Below are positions 38,975-50,689 of a DNA stretch of 64,000 nt, in pieces. Location: contig MU054323.1 in the NCBI GenBank assembly GCA_013239625.1, forward strand, positions 17,426,029 through 17,490,028. Reading direction: 5' to 3'. The notes below the pieces were generated by a model that worked only from the letters and a program-made list of their open reading frames with translations, made no database searches and was not told where the DNA came from. Made by a program: the position numbers and the translations under genes. Numbering within the stretch: the first letter of the stretch is position 1; each line of letters begins with the position of its first letter. This DNA comes from Lama guanicoe. Taxonomy: Eukaryota.

Positions 38975-41070
38975 GTGCCATGGTTTACCCAGGAAATGTT
39001 GGTTAACATCCAAAATCAATGTAACTTACCATAATATTGACAGAATAAAGGAGAAAAACCCTATGGTTATCTTAACAGACAGAAAAATCACTTGACAAAA
39101 TTCAACATCCATTTATAATTTTAGAAAACCCCAACACTCTCAGAAAACTAAAAATGGAAGGGGAAACCCTCAATCTGATAAAGGGAATCAATGAAAACTA
39201 TCAGCTCATATCACACTCCATAGTGAAATAAGACATACTTTTCCCTTAAGAATGAGAACAAGGTAAGGATGGTTATTCTCACTACTTTGATTCAACAATG
39301 TAATGGAAGTCTAACCAGTAAAACAAGGCAAGAAAAAGAAATAAAGAAATAAATGTCAGACTGCCTCTATTTGCAGACGATATAATTATGGAGAAAATTC
39401 TATGGAATCTATAAAACAACTATCAGTAAGGTCAAAGGATACAAGATCAATATACAAAAATCAGCTACATGTTTACATACTCATAGCAAACAACTGGAAA
39501 ATAAAATTTTACAATTTACAACAGCACCAAAAAACAAAATATTTCAGATTAAACTTAACCAAAGACAAGTAAGACTTACATATTGAAATCTATGAAGTGC
39601 TGCTGAGAGAGATTCAAAAGTCTAAATAAATGGAGATATATACCACATTAATGGATCCAAAGATCTGATACTATTAAGAGTCAATACTCCCTAGTGATCT
39701 ACAAGTTCAATGCAATTACAATAAAAATCTCACCAAGGTTTTTTGGTAGAAATTGATAGGATGGTTCAAACTTTATATACAAAATCTAGAAATAGTAAAA
39801 TAACATTTTAAAAGAACAAAATTGGAGGACTTACACTACCTAACCACAAGACTTACTATAAATCTACAGTAATCAATAGTGTGGTATTGGTGTAAAGATG
39901 AACAAAAGACCAGTGGAAAAGAATGGAGACTCTAGAAAAATACATATATATTTACTTCACATATATTACATATTTAAATATACATTTACACAAATATATA
40001 ATATATATTCATTTAATTTTCACAAAAACATCAACACAATCCAACAGGGAAAGGAAAGTCTCTTCAACAAAAAGTTCTGAAATAACTAGATATGAGCATA
40101 AAAAAGAATCTCAGTTCCTACCTTGTATCATACACAATTAATTTGAAATGGACCACAGATTATATAAAAGCTAAAACTATAAAGCTTTTAGAAACTCGCA
40201 TTAGAAGTATGTTTTTATGACTTGATGGCAGGCAAGGGGTCTAGGACACACAGCAATAACCTTAAAAGAAAAAAAAACTATAAATGTGACTCCATCAATA
40301 TAGACAAGCCACAGCTACAAGAAAACATTCATGAAACATATATCTAATGCAGGACAGTTAACCAGGATATATAAAGAACTAAAAACAACTCAATTTTTCA
40401 AATGGGCAACAGATTTACACAGCCACTGCCCAAAGGAAGATATGCAAATAACCTAAAAGAATATCAAAAAGCGCTCAGTATCACTGGTCATCAGAATAAC
40501 ACAAGTTAAAACCACAGTGAGATATCACTACAAATCCATCTCAATGACTAAAATTAAAGACAAATAACACCAAATACTGGCAAGGATGTGGAGCAACTGG
40601 AACTCTCATATACTGTTTGGGAATGCAAAATGGTACAACCACTGTGAGAAAAGGTCTGGCAGTTTCTTACAAAACTAACAGACATTTAGTCTATGAGCCA
40701 TTTTTACTGGTATTTATCCAAAAGAAAAGATTTCTACAATAAGATCTGTATAAAAACATTCATGGCAGCTTTATCCGCAACAGCCCCAAACTGGAAACCT
40801 CCCAGGTATATATCCACTTGATAAACAAACTCTGACATATTCATATGATAGAAAAAAGGACTGAAATCTTAATAAACACAATCGCAAAAGCCTTACCAAA
40901 AATATACACTGTATGATTCTATTTATATGATAGCCGAAACAGATAAGATTAATCTATGGTAGGATGATAAAAGATCAGAATAGCAGTTGCTTCTGGGAGG
41001 TGGGGACAGGAATTGACTGAGAAGGCACATGAGGAATATTTTAGGAGTGACGGTAATGAGCCTTATCTTT
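38975..41070 (+). mobile_element. Old L1 (RT to 3' UTR); its 3' end probably resumes at ~41625-41970
   Basis: ttgacaaaattcaacatcca; ctatttgcagacgata (FADD); ggatgtggagcaactggaactctc. Confidence 0.8.
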
Positions 41071-41355
41071 TTTTTGCATTGAATTGCATTTTTATTCAGG
41101 TTATATATAAATGAAGACATAAGACTGCTTGTTAGTAATCATTCATGTCTCTGCTTTGCCCAGCAGCCACCCTTTCTCCTCTCTGACATAATCATAGAAC
41201 TTAAAGTCAAAAGGAACCTTAGAGGTCAGCTAACCAACTTGTCTTGAGAAGTAGGAATCACTCCAAGTACTCCTGAAAGGTGGTTTTCCAACCTTTTCTT
41301 GAATTATTTCATAAGATTAATTTATGTGGTGGAAACAATATAAAAATGTTGTTCC

Positions 41356-41411
41356 CACTGTAAAATGATTATGAATCAATAAAAAATGTAAAAAAAATAA
41401 AAAAATAAAAA
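41356..41411 (+). mobile_element. Ultra-short young L1 insertion
   Basis: Last ~35 nt of the young L1 + A tail; TSD ATAAAAATGTTGTTCC (41340-41355 / 41412-41427). Confidence 0.9.
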
Positions 41412-43559
41412 ATAAAAATGTTGTTCCTTGTAACTACGACTTTACACATTTAGAAAGGCAAGAATGCACAAAATCTTCTAGATATATCTTATAAACATTA
41501 AAATATCTAAATAAAAATGGGCTAACTATCCAACTCTCAGCTAAAAATCAAGGTAAATGATATGAAATTCAAAGACTGTCATACTGTTTAAGCAATGCTC
41601 AAAATCTTGGTAGAAGCTTGAGTGGTATTCATATGCCAAAACTCATTAAACGTACAATTAATATTTGTGTCTTCCACTGTACATAAATTTTACCCAAAAA
41701 ACAAAAAGAACCATAAATAAATACTGAACTCTAAGTTAATGACATGCATGCTGAAGTGTTTAGGGGTAAAGTGCACTAATGTTCACAATTTACCCTGAAA
41801 TCCATCAATACATGAGACGGATTGGTGGATGGATAGAGAGGACAAGCATGTGATAAAGAAAACAGTAAAACGTAAAGCGTAGAATCTAGGTGATGGGTAT
41901 ATGGGTGTTTATTGAGCAATTCTTTCAACTTTTCTGTACATTTTTAATGTTTCATAATAAATGTTGGGTAAAAAACTTAATTACAAGTCAAAAAATATTC
42001 TAAAATGAAGTGCAAAGTTCTCCTAAATTCCAGCTACAGCTGTAATAAAAAAAATACAATATGGCGGGTAGCTGCCACTTTTATTACTATTTGGTTACAG
42101 CATCCTCGCCCCTGTGATTTCCGGACCTCCTTACCACTGCTGGATTCTAGTCTTCCTCTCCACAATATACACCACAATTCTTGTGGACTTCATCGTCATC
42201 CATGTACGCAACCCATCATTCAACACACCAACTTCACAGCTCCTAATTGTCTCATTTTCATCTTTGGAATCCTTAAACTTCAAAATATAATTATCATCAT
42301 CTCTAATCTTAATCCTTTATCTGCTCCCATTATCCTCTTCAACTAATCAGGATTTCTAATCCATGGAGTTCTCATTTATACCTCCAATATTTATCTGTCT
42401 ACAATATAGCTGTACTTTCTATTATTTGAACTATCCCTATACTCTTTGTCTCTACTGCAGTCACCTGCAACCAATTATCCTTCTCTACCCATTTACCTGA
42501 ACTGATCAATGCTGCTGGAAGAAATGTCACAATGAATGTTACTCCAAATTTATAATCTCCCCACTCAGCACTGCTCAGCAATTCCTTTCTAATTCTCTGG
42601 CTGGCTCCTTCTACAGACTCCACAGCATCAATTCCAAGACTTGATCAGCTTCTTAAACTCATTACTCATTTCTCTTTCCTCACTCTATGTAAAGGATCAT
42701 GCCTTTCATTTCATCATGAAAATATAAGTTACCTAGCATGAACTCCCCTGCTCCCCAACTTATGAAGCCATCTTAACCTCATTCCCTTCCATCTTAGAAG
42801 AAAGGATGTCATCACTCCTGCCAGAGGTAGTATAACATCATCAGTACTGTTTAAAAATGTGGACTCTATACAAATTACCCTTTCCTAACTTCAGTTTTCT
42901 CTCTTATAACATAGACATAATAGAATCCTGTAACAATTAGAGAACACACGTGAGGCACTTAAAATGGTACGTGGCAAATAGTTCAAGCTAAATCCCACTG
43001 CTGTGTTCCTGATCTCATCTCCTTGTTCAGTATCTTTACCAGTATTCTTTTATCAGCTCCCTCCCCAAAGGCTCCCAACATAAACAAGTTTCCATCACCT
43101 TCAAATAAAATACAAGTGTCTTCCCCAACGTGAATCCCCTTCTTGCTACAGAAGTATCTCTTTTCCCTTCATTTCCAAGCTTCTAGGGGAAAAAAAAATC
43201 TGAAAAAAGTCACTTGTCCTTGCTATTCTTCTTCCATGCTCTTCCATCTTCTACTCTGACACTGAAACTGCTTAGCCAGAAGTGACCCCTTAGGTATCAA
43301 ATCTTAACACTTTTCAGGGACCTTACCTGACTTTTCTATAGCCTGACACAGTTCATAACTCTTTTCTTGAAACTCCTTCCATTCTCAGCTTCTTGGACAC
43401 TAGGATCCATTCTTTCTGACTCTTTCCTTCTTAACCTGTACTCACTCCTTTCCCTCTGCTCTCCCCCTACACCCTATTGTCCATTCTCTTCCCCCAGTTC
43501 TGATGCCAGCCCAATTTCACCCTTACGTCTAACCATTTCCAATGAGTGGCCTCATCTAC

Positions 43560-44010
43560 TTTATTTTTTTAACATTTTCTTTGAGGTACAATTGACATAC
43601 AATAAATTGCACATACGTGAGCCATATAATCTGTTAAATTTTAACTTACGCACACACTCCTGAAACTACGGGTACAAACAAATGAACATAAAAGCCTCCC
43701 CACAAAACAACTACTAACTTGCATTCTGTCACTGCAGGTTAGTCAGCATGTTATGTAAATAGAGTTATATAGTATACACTGTGAGGGTTTTTTGGTCTGG
43801 CTTCTTTCATTCAACTTATTTTGAGATTCAGCAATATTGTCATATATACCAACAGTTGATTCATTTTTACTGCTGAGTAGTATTCCAATGTATGGCTCTA
43901 TCATAATTAGTTTATTCATTCACCTGTTGATGGATATTTGGGTTGTTTCCAGTTTTTTGCTGAACAGAACTGCCATGAACATTTATGCACAAGTTTTTGT
44001 ATGGATACAG
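43560..44010 (-). mobile_element. Old L1 3' end (L1MC/MD-like)
   Basis: ttgaggtacaattgacatacaataaattgcac ... cctgttgatggatatttgggttgtttccag. Confidence 0.75.
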
Positions 44011-44387
44011 GCTTCATCTATTCTCATGGCTCTACTTACCCACCTAGAAGTCCCAAATCTGTTTCACCAGATACTAACAACCAATTGCCAATTTCACAAG
44101 TCCATGTGGATAACCCAAAAAGAATTTCAAGTCAAATCCAAAACTCATCTTATTATGCCACTCTTGCCACCCCAAAGGGTTCTCCGCCTACACTATCTTG
44201 ACTAAAAGCACTCAAACCAGAAAAGATTCCTCCTGCTCTCACCACTTCCCCCAATCACTCAGTGAGTTGCTATATCCTGTCAATTTTGCCTCTTAAACAC
44301 CTCTCAAATAAAACCCATCCCCACATTTCCATCCTAATTCAAATGCACCCTTACCTCAAGGTCATCTCATCTTTTGACTTGACTGTT

Positions 44388-44520
44388 TGTTTGGGGGGCT
44401 TTTTGGGGGGGTTAATTAGGTTTACTTCTTTTTTTATTTTTAGAGGAGGTACTGGGGATTGAACCCAGGACCTCATGCATGCTAAGCATGCGCTCTACCA
44501 CTTGAGCTATATCCTCCTCC
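44388..44520 (-). mobile_element. tRNA-Ala-derived SINE (Vic-1 type)
   Basis: Reverse complement GGAGGATATAGCTCAAGTGGTAGAGCGCATGCTTAGCATGCATGAGGTCCTGGGTTCAATCCCCAG. Confidence 0.92.
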
Positions 44521-45249
44521 TTTGTCTAGATTGTTAAACTAGCCTTCTAACTTTTCTCCCTTACCTTGGGTCTCATTCTTCTTCAATCCATTTTCTATTC
44601 TATGGCCAAAATGGATTTTCTAAAATTCAAATATGATGTTACTCTTCTATTTAAATTCTTCAATGACATCTATAACCTCAAGGTAAAATTCAAACTCCTT
44701 AGCTTAACATACAAAAAATTCTCTATAAGCCAGTTTCCTCTCCAAACTCACCCTTTGCCACTTCCCATCATGTTTGAACTTAGTCATTTCTGGGTGATGT
44801 CAATTACTTTTTAATCCTTAGTGCTGAGGGCAATAATTGGTCTATAGTAGGTATAATATACTTATGCAATACATAAGGTAGGAATTAGACTGAGAGATGC
44901 AGTGAGACCTTCTGGGCATATTCAGGAAAAGTAGTAGTCCAGTCTGGCTAAAGCATAAAGATTACAGTATCAATCCATTCAGAAAAGCAGGGTGAAGCCA
45001 AGTCATCGATCACCAGCAATTCTATGCTAAAAGCTTAATACACACTTCATTCTATGCCTTCAAAAGACACCAAATGTTCTGAACAAGAGTGTGACATGTT
45101 CAGAAGTGTCCTATAACTTCTGAAATTTAAAAAATAAATAAAAGAGAAGTAAGGGGCAATGAACTCAGTTAAGAGGCTAAAGCAGCAGTCTGGGAAAGAG
45201 GACTCAAGAGTAGCTGGAGTAGGAGGGAACAGATTAAAAGAACATGTCA

Positions 45250-45524
45250 CAGAAAACAAACTTATGGTTATGGAGTGGGGAGTGGGGGGAAGGGATAAAC
45301 TGGGAGTTCGAGATTTGCAGACACTGACTGGTATACATAAAAGAGGTAAACAAGTTTATACTGTATAGTACAGGGAACTATATTTGATATCTTACAGTAG
45401 CTTAGGGTGAAAAAATATGAAAACGAATATATGCATTTTCATGTATGACTGAAACATTGTGCTGTACACCAGAAATTAAATTGACACATTATTTCAATAA
45501 AAAAAAAAGCTAAAAAAAAAAACC
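45250..45524 (+). mobile_element. Camelid-type L1 3' fragment
   Basis: TSD AGAACA(T/A)GTCA (45239-45249 / 45525-45535); AATAAA + A tail. Confidence 0.85.
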
Positions 45525-46309
45525 AGAACAAGTCAAAGGGGAATGAATCTACAGGATCTGCCTGGGTGTCGGCAGTAGTAAGTCAGAGAAGACGCCAAAT
45601 TTCTGAACCAGTCAAATAAAATAATAAAGCTGTTAACCAAGAGGCTTTTTTCTCATGGTAGGTAGAAAGGAGAGAGCTAATAGTTTTGTTTGGGTTTTCC
45701 CTCACCCATTCATTCAAACTTTAGTGTCAACCAGGTATCAGGCACTGTATGCATGGAGGACAAAATGAGAGTAAAATATCATCCCTGCTCTCAAGGACCA
45801 CCCAATTTAGTTGGGGTGGGGAGAAGGTAAATAAACAGGAATTTAAAATTAACTGTTAAATGCTAGGCTAGGGTCCTAAAAGAATATTTAGACTAAAAGA
45901 AAGACTATGTAACTCAGGCCTGAGGATCTGAGAAAAGATCTGAGGTCTAGTGAGTCCAGAGGATGAACAGTGTTAGGCCAAGCAAAAGGCAGTCCAGGTG
46001 AAGAAAACAGCATGTCCAAGGAGCCTCAGGTAAGATAACACAAGCTGGATGTATCTGCCAATAGTACAATAGGGTCTAAAGGAAGCATATGAAGGAAGAT
46101 ACGGAGATACCCACATGAAAGTCTATAAGCAGATTTTGAGCTACCAAGAGCACATCCAGATACGGAATATAATTTCAACCTTGTCTTTTGTGGCTTAGAA
46201 TCATGGTTAGTGGATATTTTAAATAAGAATTGGAAGAATCTTACTTATCAGCTAGATTGTGTACACTTCCACCTCCTCCCATCACTTCTACTATCATGCA
46301 AAAGTATCT

Positions 46310-46630
46310 CTGCCTGAAGTCAAAGCTGGTTTATGCAAATAAGCAAAGAGGATCGAAGGGGGACTGTGTTAAATCAGAGATACATGTCTTGTCTAAAGAA
46401 GACAGCCATTTACTTAGTTCCAGCAGTTTACTGCCTTGCTTGAATGCTGGCCCAATGCAGAGAGATCTTCCTATTCTCCAAGGAAAGCTCAAAAATTAAG
46501 ATTTTATGTAACAGTTCCCATTTTAAAATATTGGCAACTAATTACATTAAAAATAAAACAACACTATGCCAGCCAAACAAAATGCTTCTGTGGACAAATT
46601 TCAGCAAGGGCCACCAAAGTGGCAGAGTTA
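46310..46630. mobile_element. hAT-Charlie MITE remnant (MER102-like)
   Basis: ttggcaactaatt ... gccagccaaacaaaa ... gggccacca motifs. Confidence 0.45.
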
Positions 46631-48237
46631 GACCCGGACTGAGAACTCCTATAATGCTCTTTTCACTACTTCATAGGACCCTCAACTGATGGGGTATCAT
46701 AGTGATTCCCCTGGGATAGGAGTTGCTTGCCTCTAAGCAAAATAGCCCCAAATTGACAGTGCTTTATGAGTTCTTTAATATATTTTCAGTAATTTTTCTT
46801 TCTCCTCCCTACCCCACCGCTACCTTGGTCAAGATACCTGCTTCTCCCATCACTGAGACCTTGTGCTCCCCTTCTCTTATAGGCTGCCAAGCTTGCAGTA
46901 AAGCCAAAAGTAAACACAGTGAGAGCCTGACAGGATTTCTAATAAATTAAGTACTGTAAGGCATATGGCATCTCTTTGGTTTTCTTAGAAAACAATAGCA
47001 CAGAGATGTCTGTGACTAGTCAGACACCTGAGCAAAAAAGTCACTAACATCTGAAATAAACCAGCAAATTCTGCTAACAAATAAAATATAGTTTCCATTG
47101 TAAGATACCGAGAGGGGGAGAGGGAGAAAGGGCAAAAGGGAAAGCAAAAGTTGCTGGCACTTGAGCAGTATCAGGCACCTTTTAAAACAGTTTTTAATAG
47201 TATAAATGTTTAGAACAAAAGGTACGCTATAATCTCAATTCTCAGTGAGGAGGAAAATATTTTTTAAACAAATAACATGAAACATTCTTTGAGCAACAAG
47301 AAAAAGGGATTTAGAAACACTATTAAAAGTAAAGCTATCCCTGTATTTATAAGGGGAAAGGATAACAAAAAATACTCTGGTAGTTTTTATATTCATTCAA
47401 ACATCAGTTTCTGATGTTTTAATGTATTTATTAAGTCACAATGCTGCGTTAGAAGCTTTGAAAATTTAGCAACATTTTCTAATTATACTAAAACATTTAA
47501 AAGAAAAGTACAGATCATGGGGTATATAACTTTCGATAACAGTGTGGGAAACTCGAAGAAACACATAAAAGTTAAAATTTCTAATCAACAAACCGAAAGA
47601 CAGTACCAAGATTCTCAGACTCAGAGAGAGACAGAAAGAGAGAACGAGAAAGAAAGGAAGGAAGACAGAAAGAGAGAAATAGTGGCATGTGCACACTCCC
47701 CTGTTAGTCGGAGGAGTGGGGGAATTCAGAGGAATGAGTGATTACAGAGGGCGAGCAAAGCAGGCCATGTTCCTGCTGGCAGGCGAGCTCTGCAATTACT
47801 TAGAGCAAGCATTATAGCCAGAGCATTCTCGAGCCCACTAAAAAGAACAGACTGCACATCTAAAACCGGAGGCTGACAGCAGCTCTGGGATAAGACCGGG
47901 AAGGCGGAAAAGTGGCCTGCTTTGACCTCCACTGAAAACTGAGGCTCCTCCAACCCTCATCTCTGAATCAGGGGCACGGCATTAACCTCCCAGCGACTGG
48001 ATTCTTCGGACAAACTCTCCCTGGCTCCCTGCGGCCTTCCCACCCACCGGGTGAATGTCAACACCGAGAGCTAGCGGGTGTTGGGGAACCTCTACGTGTG
48101 CGCCGTCCTTTCAGGGAAGCGGCGAGACCGGGAAAAAAGACGGCCCCGCGCGCCCCGCCTCCCCAGGCTTCCCCGGCCCCCACCCGGCATCCTAACAGGA
48201 GATGCAGCCTGGAAGAGGGGTCCCGCGCGCGTCTCAC

Positions 48238-48324
48238 CTTTTTCAGCGCAGGCACCAGCAGTCCCCGCCACTTAGGCGCGTTCTCCTCGCTGAAAAACTC
48301 GTACGGCAGCTGCTGCGCCTGCAT
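48238..48324 (-). CDS. SOS1: SOS1 (Son of sevenless homolog 1, Ras/Rac GEF) first coding exon, 29 codons, phase-0 donor
   Basis: Translates to [29 protein letters not shown], the recognisable SOS1 N-terminus. Kozak GGCACCATGC; donor AAG|GTGAGA with GT at 48237-48236; lies inside a CpG island. Confidence 0.97.
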
Positions 48325-48471
48325 GGTGCCCCCGGGGCGCCTCTGGGAGGGGAGAGGGGCGGCGGCGGCGGCGGCCGGGCCGGGGAGCCGCGAGAGGGCG
48401 AGCTCGCGGCACGGAACAGGGCCGCGGCCCCAACGGACGGCCCGGCCCCCTCGGGGCGCCGCGCAGCTGGG

Positions 48472-48579
48472 CTAGCCCCGGAGTGGGGCTTGGGGGGCGA
48501 GGCCCGCGCCCGGCCACCCACCCGACACGGGCACCAGCCGCGGAGAGCGAACGCAGCCCGGAGGCGGCGGCGGCGGCAT
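48472..48579 (-). promoter_or_regulatory. Candidate uORF (35 aa, MPPPPPPGCVRSPRLVPVSGGWPGAGLAPQAPLRG*) in the SOS1 leader
   Basis: ATG at 48579 (GGGATGC) and TAG at 48474-48472; 255 nt upstream of and in frame with the SOS1 ATG. Relevant only if the TSS is upstream of 48579. Confidence 0.5.
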
Positions 48580-48648
48580 CCCGCACCACCGCCCCGGGGC
48601 CAGGCCCCCCACCCCTCCGCGCCCCGCCCGCGCCGCCCGGAGCTGCCC

Positions 48649-48749
48649 NNNNNNNNNNNNNNNNNNNNNNNNNNNNNNNNNNNNNNNNNNNNNNNNNNNN
48701 NNNNNNNNNNNNNNNNNNNNNNNNNNNNNNNNNNNNNNNNNNNNNNNNN
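48649..48749. other. Assembly gap (101 N)
   Basis: Run of N inside the GC-richest part of the island. Confidence 0.99.
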
Positions 48750-50229
48750 CTCCGCCGCGGCCGCCGCCCGCCCGCCCGCCGGGGCTGCGCTCCCGGGCCT
48801 GGCCTGGCCCCGCGGCGGAGCCGGCGGCTGGGGGAGGGCGTGTGGAGGGACGCTCCGGTCGCGGCGCCCGCTCCACGCAGCTGGGACCCCGAAACGCGAG
48901 CGACCCGGGGCGGGGCGGAGCGGAGCTCGGGGTCTAGCGGGGGAGGGGAAAGGCCCGAGGTCGTTGTTGGGGAATCTCGCTGCCCTGAGGTGCGGCCGCG
49001 GCCGACGCCGACGCCGGTGTAGCTCTCGAGCTTCCTACTAGCGAACTGAACCTGCTCGCTACTGAGCATGCGCCGCCGGGCAGGGCCGGTTCGCTCCGGG
49101 TTTTCCGGCTCCCCAGCCAAGGAGGAGCAACGCGCGAGTGAGGGAGGGCGCCCTGCCGGGCTGTGGCTGCGCCCCCGAGGGCGGCAGGGGGAGGAGCGAC
49201 AGGGCCCCGAGAAGTCGAACCCCGGGCCGAGTGGGGCCTGCTGGGTGGAGTGCTAGCTACGGTGAAGCGGCCCCCATTGTGTGGTTAAGTCGGGAGAGCT
49301 CCCACCCTTCTCTTGGAGTCCCGCGGCCTTTCGTTTCGGAAAGGGTGTGATGTGTGTACTTTGTTCCCCACATGAAGATAACTGCCCAGAGCATGCGATG
49401 TATAGTAAACAGACTGGACAAAAGATAGGTGCCTTTCTCACGAAACCTACGGCTCAATATTTCTCGGATAATAGAAGTAACTGCAGTGTTTCCAATCTGG
49501 CTTCCCACATCACCAAGAATAAAATGTGTACGTGTAATATTGATATTGTGTGTGTTTTTCAATTCAGTGTGTTCATCTTTTAAACCTATTTCAGATATGA
49601 ACTCCAGAAGCCACTTAGGTCCAGTGGAAGCTGAAGCCTCTCCTGCAGATCCCAGAGCACTATACTCAAACCCCTCTCACAGCATTTAGTTTATCGTGTT
49701 CTCTATCTCTGCAAGGGTCAACTAGATAACAAACTCCTGGAAGCAGATCTTTTCCACCAGGGGCTCTACACAGAATAGGTACTTAGTGTATGTTTGCGGA
49801 ATGCTAAAGGAGCATTATCTGTAAGTCGTTCCTCTACCCAGGGATGCAGGGGTTTGTTTTTAACAGTAGCACTGTGTGGCTAGCGCCTCGCTCGAAGTTT
49901 TACCATTAAGCACTTTCATTTAATCCTCATAGCAATCCTATTGTTTTTGTTTCACAGATGAGAAGACAGTTTAGAGAACTAGCCTGGGTGTAAACTGATA
50001 TTATTTATACCCTGCTATTCCAGAGAATAACCAGGATCACATAGTTGAAAAATGTTTAAGCAGTGGTTCTTAATATCTACAAGACCTCTTTGAGAATTTC
50101 AGCAAAGTCTTAGGTCCTTTCCTTCTAAAATGTACACACATGATTTGCATTTTAAAATTATCCGCACCTTCAAAGTGTTCAGAAGGACACTTTGAAAAAT
50201 CATCCGTAAGTCCTCTGGGTAAGAGGCTC

Positions 50230-50640
50230 ACCACGTTCCAGCCACACTGGCCTTCCATCTATTCCTAGAAAACATCAACCTCTTTCCTGCCTCAAGGGCT
50301 TTGCTCTTCCCTCAGCCTGGAACTCACTCTGTTGCTAACTGTTCACTTGTCTGGTTATAAACGTCACCACCTCCGAGAGACCTTCTGTGACCCCGCTAAG
50401 TAGTTCCCACCTATACTGTTCTTCCATAAGCCTTGGCTGATTTATTTTCTTGCAAGCACAAATCATGGCCTCTAATTATTTTTGGCTGTTGATCTCCCCC
50501 TCCACCCGCCCCCAACGTCTGAAATGTAAACTCCAAGATATCAACAATCTTACGTGTTCACTCTAGCTCATCATTGTATCCCAAGGAACTACACTACTTG
50601 ATACATAGTAGGTTCTCTATAACTATTGTTGAAGGAATTA
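50230..50640 (+). mobile_element. L2 3' end
   Basis: ccagccacactggcctt; aacgtcaccacctccgagagacctt; tattgttgaaggaat. Confidence 0.7.
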
Positions 50641-50689
50641 AAGTTGAGTGGAGGAAGCTTCCAGCAAGACTATGTAATCAAGAGTTGTC

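Larger units (their letters stand above)
42400..44800 (+). mobile_element. Long L2 remnant, interrupted by a MIR, a minus-strand L1 and a SINE
   Basis: Pyrimidine-rich L2 ORF2/3' motifs (actgaaactgct, ttcttgaaactcctt, ttcaaactccttagctta). Confidence 0.55.
1..48237 (-). other. SOS1: SOS1 intron 1 (continues beyond the left edge)
   Basis: Starts at the GT donor. The expected exon-2 peptide (VQGQVHPTLES...) is not seen in the ORF track or by eye. Repeat-rich. Confidence 0.85.
47900..49350. promoter_or_regulatory. SOS1: CpG island: SOS1 proximal promoter and 5' UTR
   Basis: Very high GC and CpG density. GC box GGGGCGGGGC 48907-48916, NRF1-like TGAGCATGCGCC 49063-49074, ETS-like TTCCGG 49103-49108, (GGC)6 48358-48375. 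Confidence 0.92.

Noticed and set aside
25401..44520. Five tRNA-Ala(AGC)-like sequences as tRNA genes
   Set aside because: Mismatched acceptor stems, A-rich tails and TSDs identify them as SINEs.
48058..48237. Continuation of the SOS1 ORF (VRRARDPSS...)
   Set aside because: Read-through into intron 1 beyond the GTGAG donor; not SOS1 protein.
48078..49350. Many long overlapping Arg/Pro/Gly/Ala-rich ORFs (up to 282 aa)
   Set aside because: Expected from stop-codon scarcity in a CpG island; several span the N gap.
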